Shown one piece after another: positions 15,701 to 27,700 of a DNA stretch of 64,000 nt (the stretch's first letter is position 1; every line of letters starts with the position of its first letter). Source of the stretch: Okamejei kenojei (lineage: Eukaryota). A model generated the notes under the pieces. It searched no databases. It was given only the letters and a program-made list of their open reading frames with translations, and was not told the origin of the DNA. The DNA is taken from assembly GCA_035221665.1 (NCBI GenBank), contig CM069148.1:45880001-45944000 (forward strand). The letters are read 5' to 3'. Both the position numbers and the translations under genes were made by a program.

Positions 15701-18700
15701 AGGAGTAAACGTTAAGTGCAGCAGGTAAATGACACCATCTTTACACGTTGACTATTTTCACGCTGTCCAATCTGGTAAAAGTTCCAAAAGCGGACCAACA
15801 GTGACTTGGTCTTACCACTTGAGGGCACCCTGGGCCAGTGGGAGGATTGAGATGGTTAGGCAGACACATCTTTGGCACACATATACACAATGGGATATTC
15901 CTAGTTTTCTGTTATTTCTAGGAGAGCATTGAGAACAGTGTGCCCAACACTGGTTTATTATTGTCATGTGCACTGGGATACTGAAACACTTTCTTTTGTG
16001 TGCTATCCAGGCAAATCTTATCATAGATGAATGTATCAGCTAGTGCAAAAAAGACAACAGAGTGCAGAATATAATGTTACAGCTGCAGAGAATGCTGTTA
16101 AAAATAATGCAATGGGATAGATTGGAAGATTGGAATACATCCTGGAATACATCCTTAGATTGAGAGGATCAGTGACATAGAGGCAACTTCACAGCCATCC
16201 CAGCCTTAACCCAATGGCTTTATTTGCAATGGACTTTCATCATGGACTTAAATCCAAACTGGTGGGCGAAGCTCTCTTTGCCAGTTGGCAGAAAGTGTAG
16301 AGACACTTACCTTGGCTTTGATTGAGTTGTTGACAATCACCCTAATCAATGTGATTACTGAAGATTTGTAGAATATTTTGAGGGCTATTGGCTGCGACAA
16401 TTCTGTCCCAATGTTGGCGTTGTCCAAGTAAACCTTGAAGTTTTCGATCTTTTCTGTTATTTGCTTCACCACGATGTAAGTACATTTCCCTTTGAATGTG
16501 TATTCTGTTCCATCAAAAGTAATGTAATGGGAACCTCCCCATCCCATGCAGGAACCTGGAATATCAAAGGCAGACAAAATATTTATTTAAGCTGAAAAAG
16601 CAAACATACAGATACTGGAAAATAGAAATAAAAACCTGGTTTGATCTGGTTTGACAGTGTCTATGGGGAGGAAGATAGGTTAACAGTTCAGGTAAATGAC
16701 CTTTTGTTAGTTCTTAATAAAATGAAAATACTGTATATATTATTTTTTTAAGCTAGAAGTCTAATCATTGTTTTTGGAAGAAAAATGTTTTTTAGCCAAT
16801 AAAGGAATAACCTTATGGTAATTTTAAACTCAGGCCTAAAATAAACCAGACTGTTGATGTATGAATCCCATTGTGTGCTGTCCGAATTGGCCAATTGCAG
16901 CATTTCTGGACAGCCCCAACCTATTGGCAAGGTCCTATCCGCCAAGGCACTTTTAACTTCCCATGAAATTGGCAGTGATAGCTTTGTTCTGTTGACCGAG
17001 ATTATGTCTCCAACTTGGAGAACGATAGGTTGAAGACCCACTTTCTCAAAATGTCACAGCCGAGATCCCAGTATGTCACTGGGAGATTGACTTCAAAGCC
17101 ACAGGTTAAGCAGGGAAGCTTGTTCAGTCATGAGATTGCAAAGTCCCATCGTACATGAGCAAGAAGTTCTTCAAAACTCACTCTTCAACCAAAAAACGAA
17201 CTTATTCTATTTGGCCATTTTTTTTACATTTCTAAGACAAGGCTGAGGCAGTTTCCTTCGCTGAGAGAAATGGCATGCTACACACTCCAAACACTACATC
17301 AGTTCGCAGTTGGTGAAATCTATGTCCATTTGCAAAGAATTACTTCCCGATTCCCCAAGAAATCCCCATTCCAAGTATATTTTGCAAATAGTTAAATTAA
17401 TATATATTTTTCATCTTACTATGAATCAGCATATACCAGAAATTTGCATATTTTTCAAGTAGTTAAATTACCAATAACTTCTTCCCAATAATTGTTTTGA
17501 AATATTTCTTCATGATGGTATCAATCACTGTTTGTTCAGCTAGATAATTCCCCAGAATCTTCTTTCCTCACCTAGGATCATGTCACTACACTCTGTGGTT
17601 GGTATTGTGTATGTTGCACAACTCTTATTCTGTTGTCCTTATGTGAATATTTTTCTGTTTTTATAAAATCTGATAACACCCATCACGCACAAACACTAAA
17701 AAAAAAATTCCATAAAAGTTTCTGTTGCAGTTATGGTCCACTCGAAATTAGCTCCTGGACAGACTTATTGGATTGTCTCTTTCTTTCAGGACTGAAGGGG
17801 AGAATGGCCTCTCATTTCTCCTCACCCCCAGACCCTGACTACTGATCTCTAATACTCATGGAATCATGCAGCATGGATGCAGGCCCTTTGGCCCAACTCA
17901 TCTCTGATGAGCAAGATTCCTATCTAAGCTAGACACTTTTGCCTGAATCCAAGTTCTGCCAGAACTCAATGAGTTGCCGACAAAAAAAGTTGAAAAATAA
18001 AGCTGGAGTAATTCTGGTGGTGAGACCTGTTGGGTTAATGTATTATCGACTCGTCAATTAACACAGTGAAATAATGAACTACGCGTTCCTTCAGCATGTT
18101 ACCTCCATCTTCCACCCATCTATTTAATCACATTTAATTTGGATAATGCATGCATATCCACAATACTCACAGCCACATTCTTGCTGATAGCAGCAGTTGG
18201 AATCGTCATAAACCTTTCTGGGTTGCAGTCCATTTTGACAAACGATTGGTTTAACACTTGGACATTTCACTGACTTCACGGAAACAGTGTCATTCCCTTT
18301 GCATGTTGCCTTTGTGCAATTGTCCAGTTTCCAAGTCTCATTCATCTATGGTTGGTGGGGGGGGGGGGGGGGGAATGAACAATTGTAAGAAGTTAAGGCA
18401 TTCACAGAATCCCTGAGGCTGGAGAAGGAGAAAACAACTACCACCCAACCAGACCTGAATCTCATTGTGCCAAGAACCCATTGAGATCTGACTTCAATTC
18501 CAGTAAGGTCAGAAATAGTGTGGGGATGTGGCAGGGCAATGAATCTCATGGGGATGGTTAAGAGACCTTCAATATATTATGGGGGTGTTCCCTTAAAATA
18601 TCTATACCATTTAGACCCATAAATGTGACACAGGGATGAAATCCAATTAGCTCATTAAAGTATTCTAAGGACATGTGTGATAAGTCTAATAGGTCAAGAA

Positions 18701-21700
18701 AACCAATAAGTTTAATCGAGGATGAACAAAAATTATTTGACAGGAAAAGGATGGCAAAACATGCTGATATTTTTCCGTTTTAATAAAATTGGATGACCCC
18801 CATCACCCATGAGTACTAAAAAACTTTCCTTAAAGGTTTCAGTACCAGTTATGGTGCACTTGAGATGAGCTCTAGTGATGAGCTCCTTTGGCTTTGGGGG
18901 AGGTGGACCTCAATGATATTTCGAGAAGAGAGGGAAGCTGTAGATGTTTGTAAGGGGAATGACAGAAAAATAGAAAGAATATCATGGAAGGGTTACATGG
19001 AGATTAGAAGGCCAGGGACAGCCAGGTAGGAGATATTCAGTAAAGAAGGGAAAGGGGAGAAGCAATAAGTAGAGGGCCAGAATGTAGCTGGACATGTTTT
19101 ATATCTCAGTAATCTGGGAATTCACTGGGTCTGGGGGAAACACTAAACCTTGGGGTTTCATCACCTGCTGCGTCTGTTGCAGCACAATCAAGAGCCTGAG
19201 CATCATATGTCACTGAGAGGCCCCTACAACATGTGGCGGGTAGACTGCACTGGTGCGGAATGCATAGAGGAAAGTCTTTGTCTGGGAATGAGTCCTGGTG
19301 GACTGTAGGTGAGGTGCGCCCCATTCAGGGGAGGGTTGTCCACAGGTGGCCAGTGTGTTTGGGATTAGATGGCCTACCAAAGCCTGGAACGATGGAGGAG
19401 GCACTAGGCTGCGGGGGGTGGGGGTGTACTTTCCTGATCCATGGTGAAGGGGTTTGTATAGGGACTGTCAGTAAGGCTGACTGCCAGTTGTTATGCTGCT
19501 GGCTGGGAGAGGTGCTGTAAAAATTCATGAAGTAATGAGATTTTAGAGGAATGAGTGACTTGGGTTCCCAGCTGGTTGGGGAAGCATCTCCTCACAGCAG
19601 CTGCAACTTAGAACAGTCCGCTCCAGTATCACAGGCAAAGTAATATTGGATCAGCTGGGCGTTAGGGTGGCATGGTGGTGCAGCGGTAGATTGTTGACTT
19701 ACAGCGCCAGAGACCCTGGTTCGAACCTGACTACGGGTGCTATTGTAAATTGTCTCTGGTGTGTAGGATAGTATTAGTGTACAGGGTGTTCGCTGGTGGA
19801 TGCGGACTTGGTGGGCCAAAGGGCCTGTTTTGATGCTGTATCTCTAAAACTAAAAACTAAAAAACTAATCGACCTTTGGATAGGCACATGGAAGTGCAGG
19901 GAATAGACTTTGGATATGGATCATGTACAGGTAGATGAGAACGGTTTTATTTGGCTTCATGTTTCGGCACTAACATTGGGGTTGAAGAGCTTGTTCCAAT
20001 GCTGTACTATTCTATGTTCGAAAGACCCCAGATGTCACAAGGATACTCACAGCTCTCGGTGGGTGCAGGTCTGGGCAACCACCTGCTGGTACTGTTGTTG
20101 TTGGTGCTGATGTGGTTGGTAAAACGGAAGTGGAGACTTCGCATGGTATGGTGTGCTTCACAATATCACACTTAGATGTACATAACCCAATGTAACACCA
20201 GCCAGCTTTATCACTGGTAAAGTAAATTTCCTCTCCTGCAAAGAAAAGGAAATGCGATCTCCGTAAGTCTTGACACACTGCAGGAATTCAGTGTTTAAGT
20301 AAAAAATACACTTGCTAGTGCTACATTTTTGGACAAACCATGGAAATTTATACATTGCCTCATGGGAAATGCACTATTTTATGTATTGCATCACGAGATT
20401 TAATTTGGCATATTTCTACCAAGAATCACACACACAGAAAATTAGAAATCTCACCTCTTCTTTAGGACAGTTGTTCCCCTGGTTGCAGTGGGAAGAGATA
20501 AACGATTGCATTAGTTATATCGTGGTCAGATATAACATGCAAAGGAGGGTTAAAAACAAACGTTACCCACATTTGTGCGGTCAGAACGGAAGGTTTTTGC
20601 TCTATTTTCCAGGTGAACATTGCAATAGTAACTGCGCAGAGTAGAGTTGCTGCCTTACAGCGCTTGCACGCCAGAGACCCTGGTTCGATCCCAACTATGG
20701 GTGCTGTCTGTACGGAGTTTGTACTGTGTGGGTTCTCTCTGAGATCTTCGGCTTCCTCCCACACTCCAAAGACGTACCGGTTTGTTGATTAATTGACTAC
20801 TTGGTATAAGTGAAAATTGTCATTGTGTGTAGACAGTGTTGGTGCATGGGGATCAGTGTGGACGCGGTTGGCCGAAGGGCCTGTTTCCACGCCTTGTAGA
20901 TTCTGTTGTATTGGATATAGCAATAGCAGTTGTTTTGCATTTTCCCATATGTATAAAGACCTACAGAATTCGCTGCATTCTGACCCAAAGGTCGAACAAA
21001 TGGAAATTGTAATTCAGAAGTAAAATACATTCTACCTGCCGGTGTTATTGGCATAGATAGACACAAAATACTGGAGTTACTCAGTGGGACAAGCAGCATC
21101 TCTGGAGAGAAGGAATGGGCGATGTTTCGGGTCGAGACGCTCTTCAGACTGCGAGTCTGGGGAGAGGAAGACTAGAGAGATATGGAAGGGTGAGGTGTGA
21201 AAACTACAGATCAAAGCAGACAGTGCTGAAGGAAATATAGAGTGGTTCATTGTTAGCAGAGGGCAAAATGACAGCGAGGCGTACAATCAGTAACATTAAT
21301 CAGGAGGATAGTGAAACTAGTCAGAGCACAGATTGTCTCTGATTTGTAGTTTAAACACCAATAGAAAGGTTACATGTTTATAATTACAGAATGGTACAGT
21401 TGAAAAATGTGTGGTTGGATATGTATATTACTACATTTTGAAACCATTTTGCCAGCTTATACTATACTCTAATATTTCATTGGTTTGTATATTCTTCGGA
21501 TTGAATTTGTTTTAGAATTGCACCAGAAGAATGGTTGAACAGATTTAATAAACATTGTTTTGCTTTGTACCTGCAGCCATAATATATTATCCATTTGACA
21601 AGTGGGAATGTTTTTTAAAACAATGTAAGCAAGAGTTCCAGTGATAGGGAAATGGAATGATGGCAAGATTAATGAACCTGTGATATGTTCTTTTATGGCT

Positions 21701-24700
21701 TGATTAGGGAACATAGTAATGGCAGGTACACCAACTGCAGTCAAGTGTTTTTCCTTGAGGAATATAGAGGGTATAGGAGAAACTGAGAACAAATGGAGGT
21801 GAGTAAATATTGTTAGTCTGAAGGAGGGTCTCGACCCGAAACGTCGCCTAGTTCCTTCGCTCCATAGATGCTGCCTCAACCGCTGAGTTTCTCCAGCATT
21901 CTTGTCTACCTTTGATTTTCCAGCATCTGCAGTTCCTTCTTAAACAAAATATTATTAGCAGGTAAGATATGCTGACTATCATTCTATATCTATATTAGAA
22001 GCAAGAGAGATAGACACAAAATGATGGAGGGACAAACAGCAACTTTGGATAGAAGGAATGGATTACGTTTCCGGTAGAGACCCTCCTTCAGACTGAGGGG
22101 AGAGGGAGACACAGAGATATGGAAGGGTAATGTGTGAAAATGAGATCAAAGGGGATGAAGCTCAAGGAAAATGTAGAATAGATCATTGACAGCTATGGAA
22201 AGGTAAATAGGATGGTGAAGAAAGCATATGTTATCGGTAACTTCTGTAGGTCAAGACGTGGAATATAAGAATCGGGACCTTATGGTGCACTCTAGAAAAC
22301 ACTGGTTACACCATAAGGAGTTATATGTGCAGTTTTGATACCCACACTATAGAAAGGATGTGGTTGCGCTGGAGAGAATGCAGAGGGGATTCACCAGGAG
22401 ACCTGGTGATCTGAATGAGGTATATACGATGAACAGAAGCAAAGATTGAGCATATTGTCCAAATCTTTTTCCCATGGCAGGGATATTGAAAATAAGAGGG
22501 CACATGTTTAAGATGAAATGAAGGAGTTTTGAAAGAGACGTGAGGGTTAGGGATAGCCAGACGAGGTGCTGGATGTAGCAGCCATTTATCTTAACTCAGT
22601 ATATTATAACTATAACCAGTTACCTTTAAATTTTATCTGCCTGTAATTATGTGGGTGGGATATATATGAGGCGTGTTTGTGGCTTGGATTCTCGCACAGA
22701 CTCCCTAGTAGTTAGATTAGTTTGACGAACGAGGCAACGGTCTTAGCTTCCGACCATGCACGAGCATGATCACGATTGAATTGAAATGTACTTATACAAG
22801 AAGAAGGGGTGGAAGATTGCAACCTTCACGTGGTCCGCCCTGTTTCGACTAATGCAATCAACTCGACTTGCAGAAGCAGAAGATCAAATAGAACAAGTTG
22901 TCCAACAACTTTAGGCTGTGCATGCCACACGGCAGAAGAAGAAGATACAAGAAGAAGTTTGGATGAATATCTTACTGTTTTTACTACTACAATAAAGAAA
23001 CTATTAATCAAGAGACTGTGTTTGGAAGATTTATCTTTCAGCGGCATTGAGTGTCTCGTGGAGAGCTCGTGAGTGCGTATCAATTATCTCCTGATCCCCT
23101 GTCTTCAATCATAGTGACTAAAGGAAATAATCCTTGAGACGATATAAAAATCTGTCATCATTTAGGTAGACTTAAGTAGGCAAGGCACAGAAGGATACAG
23201 TCCTAATGCTTCAAATGGGAATTGTGTACAGGGGCAAATACATGTTGTGGGCATATTGTGCCGAAGGGGCCATTTCTGTGCTGCACAAACGATGGTGTTG
23301 CTCATCGAGCAAATAAGGCTCTTATTACATCCTCAGTGATCTTTTCACATAGAACTGAATTTCTAGAATAAATCCGAGGTAGATGGTCTATAAACCATAT
23401 ATATTAAAAATACCACAAATAGAAAGACGAAATAAAAACAGAGAAATAAACGAGAAAGCTAACTTACAGTCCGACAGACATACAGATAGTACATTCTTTA
23501 CAAAAGGCCCTGTCCCACAATGCGAGTTCACCCAAGAGCTCTCCCAAGTTAAAAAAAAAATCTAACTCGTGGTAAGTATGTGGAATGTACGTAGCGGGTA
23601 TGTCGGAGCTCGTGGATGTCTCATAGTGGCTCGTAATGCTAACGGCAGGTACTCCGGAAAAGCGGAAACTCGTGAAGTTTTTTCCACAGTGTGAAAAATT
23701 ACCAAGAGTAAAAAAATACTCGTGATGTGTTTGATTTTTTTTTTTAACTCGGGAGAGTTAAAGTAGTAGTAAAAACTCTTGGGTAAACTCGCATCGTGGG
23801 ACAGGCCATAAAGAGGAGCACGAGCCACACCCTGCCCACTCCCTCTTCTCCCTCTCCCATCGGGCAAAAGGTATAGAAGTGAAAATGCACACCTTCAGAT
23901 TCAGGGACAGTTTCTTTCCAGCTGCTATCAGGCAACTGAAACATTCCACCACAACCAGCGAACAGTCCTGAACGACGATCCTGCTCATCCGTGACCCTCT
24001 GACTATCTTTGATTGGACTTTACTGGCTTTACCTTGCACTAAACGTTATTCCCTGATCATGTATCTGTACACTGTGAATGGTTCGATTGTAATCATGTTT
24101 TGTGTTTCCGCAAACTGGTTAGGACGCAACAAAACTTTTCACTGTACCTCGGTACATGTGATAATATACTGAACTGAAGAAGAAAAATTGGATATTTTAA
24201 CAAGCCACAGGTATTAGTGTGAGTGAACAAAGCAAGTGCACAGCAGCAAATGATCAGTACTGTAATTGCTTTGCTGGAAACACTAGGTTATGTACTGGTG
24301 TCAGTTTGGTGTCTGCGTCTCTATACCAGTTGATCAAGGGGAGATGGGGCCAAAGTCAGGGGTCTGGGCTAACTTGGGCTAGTAGCACATCAACAAGGAA
24401 GCCTGGGAACATCCTCACACATGGGAAGATTAGGAAGTGGCGCATTGATAAGAGGCCTGCTCTGGAACATGTGTGGAAGACCTGTGAAAGACATATACTG
24501 TACGTTTGTACCAACATTCGTATGGTGATTTGTATAAATTCACATGCTGAGCTTATACAGAGGTCTAACAAACACATTCATGGACTGTGAAACAAGCCAT
24601 GTAAAGGACTGGACTATCACTTCAATTATACAATTTAATGATTGATTTATACAGTCACATGTTATGAACAAGTGATACACTGACCTGCAGATATTACTTT

Positions 24701-27700
24701 CCCGTTGACTTTGCAGACGCAGGGTGTTGAAGCTGTGAAACCGGGAGTTGTTGCTTGCACTGTTGTGGTTTCAGCTGTACTGTGCTCGGTGATTGGAGAG
24801 GTGTTTTCACACTTTCTTGTATATGTCAAAATTTTGCAGCCCTCAGTGCACAGTGTGTAATTGCAGAGGCCTGATTTATCTTCGGAAATCACAGTGGATT
24901 GACCTGCATGTCAAAGCAACAGAAATTATGCTTCAACAATGTGTTGGATGGATATAAAAATGAACAAAAGTCATATTTCTAGCTGGGAATACACTAGGAG
25001 TCACCACTCACTCCACAGAAACGACATCACCACTACATTTCCACTGATATTATTAATGCCAAAATGTTTCTTCAGCCATACACTAGTTAGCTACTGTTAA
25101 ATCCTGTGGATTTTGGTGCTGTTTGCTGTCAAAATATATATAGTATACAAAGATATGTACAAATATGTATTGGACAATTCCTTTGCAAAGTTTGTAGACT
25201 GCTGTTGAACTGTGTTTTCTTCATCAGGCAAGCTCTATGCAACGGGAAGAGGACATCACAAACTAGAAAGAGCAGTGGGTCATTGACAGCATTGGATCCG
25301 CATCTCCACAGAACATGAGATGAAGGCCCAAGGAACTGCAGATTTTGGTTTACAAAAAAAGACTAAAAGTGTTGGAGTAACTCAACGAGTCAGGCAGAAT
25401 CTCGGGAGAACATGGATACGTGACATTTCAGATCAGGACTCTTATTCAGATTGATTGTGGTGGGTTTTTGAGATACAGATGTGTAGGCAAAGGTCTGATG
25501 AGTTGCAAATCGTGAGGCTAGAGGAAGAAATGTCAGTGGAAGTGGTAGAGATAAGTGCAAGTCTAGATGAGGCACGAAGGAGGGGGGGGATGAAAATGAA
25601 AGTGGAAGTGGCGTGAGAAAGGGGAGGGTGTCTCCAGGTCAGGCAAAGTGGTGCAGTTAAATCAGACATTTATAACTTTACTCTGTGTACTGTGGATTGT
25701 AAAGTTCTGAAGTACACAGGAAGATGTGAGCTCCAGTGTATATTGATGCCGCTGAAGTACAGATGGTCGAAAGTTTTAAGTTCTTAAGATTAAATATCGG
25801 CAACAATTTGTCATGGACTAACCACATTGACGCAATAGCCAAGAAAGAACATCAACTTCCTTAGATGGCTTAGGATGTTTGACATATCTCCAACAACCCT
25901 CACCAACTTCCACAGATGCGCCACAGAAAAATAAAATTGGCAATAGCTTCATCCAAAACCACAATAGATTGCAGAGAATTGTGGATGTGGGCCAAACCAT
26001 CATACAAACAAACTACCTTTCTATGGACTCCACCTACACCAAGCTGACTTGGCAAGGCCAAGCTTAATCAAAGAGCAGTCTCACCCCAGCCACTTCCTCA
26101 TCTCCCATCAGACAGATGCGCAGAAGTTTGAAAACACATACCTGCAGTTTCAGGGAATTTCTTCTAAGGAGTTATCAGGGAATTGAACCGTTCTCTCACC
26201 AGCTAGATTGTGGTCCCGACCTGCCATCTACCTTATTAGACATCTTTGAACTATCTTTAATCAGACTTTATCTTGCACTAAATGATATACCCTTTATCCT
26301 AAACTGTACACTGTGGAGGTTTGATGATAATCACGTCTAGTCTTTTTGCTGACCTTGGTACATGTGACAATAATAATCTAAATCTAAACTGAAAGGAATA
26401 TAACCAACAAATATCTTGATCTATGTTTTGGAATGAGATTCGTGTATTTCATATGTGCAATAAGGTTGAAAGAGTGTTAATATCATTTTACAGAGTAAGT
26501 GTCAAGAATCAGGAGGTTCTGAAGAACATTGAGCAAACGGAAGGATGTGTATCATATTGTAGAATGCCAGGCAAGGCAGCCACTGGTTGGCAGTATGTGT
26601 AAAGGAAATAGTGGAGAGGCTGGAAAATGCTTGAACAGTGTTTTCCGTTTGAGTTAATGTGATCAAAGTGCTTAATATCTCCAATGTGACCACAGGCTTC
26701 TTTCTTGCAACCACTGAGCTACAAGATATTTTTGGTTCCTGTGGTCCTTAAACCCAACAAAATGTGAGGAGATGACTATTTCCCCAGAAAGTACGTGATC
26801 GGACATGTACAATTAACCTTGGGGATGGGTGGACAGATGTTTTCCCAAGCAAAACCAAGAGTCTGTAATTATTTGCCATTCATTGCCAATGAATGCTGTT
26901 GCCATTCTCAGAGAGGGATCATGGATTACATCGCAATCTGATGTTGCTGCTGAGAACAACTTGAAACAGTTCTATCCTGGTGCTCAACAGTTGTAAGCAA
27001 GAAGCCTCTGGTCACGGTTGACGAATTAAAAACTTAAAAAAAAAAAAACTACTTAAAGAAAAAATCTAAGATAGAAATAAATTTCTACAAAGCCTTTGAT
27101 CATAGAAAGCTTTGTTAAATTGAGTCAAAGAGGGGTCCCTAAATATATTGTGAGAATACTGGCTTACTGGTATGCCCACCAGACTATGCAAATAAAATGG
27201 CGCAATAGGGTCTCAGCCCCATTTGGGATTAGCAATGGTGTTAGACAAGGGGGGATTTTGGCCCCGGTCCGTTTTAATCTTTATATTGATGATCTGTCCA
27301 AGCAATTGAAAGCCTGTAACACTGGGTGCGTGATTGGTAATATTTTAGTGAACCATATTATGTATGCAGATGATCTTGTGGTCTTTAGTCCATCTAGTGC
27401 TGGTCTCCTGTAGCTCCTTACTACATGTTATGTGTATGGTGTGGAACATGATATTAAATGTAATTAAAAGTGCTGTTATGATCTGTAGATCCAAAGAGGA
27501 TAAATGTCTAAAATGTCCTGATTTTAAATTGTCTGACATTAATCTTAGTGTCTGTAATAAGGTAAAATATCATGGGCATTTTATTACAGAACAAATGACA
27601 GATGATGAGGATATTTAAAGGCAAGTCATATGCTGTATGTACAGGCTAATATTCCCTTTTATAAGTTTGGTGCGTTTACAGTTGTAGTGAAGTCTATTTC

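Noticed and set aside
18357-18373. Poly-G run as a G-quadruplex element
   Set aside because: On the gene strand it is the poly-C polypyrimidine tract before the acceptor at 18346.
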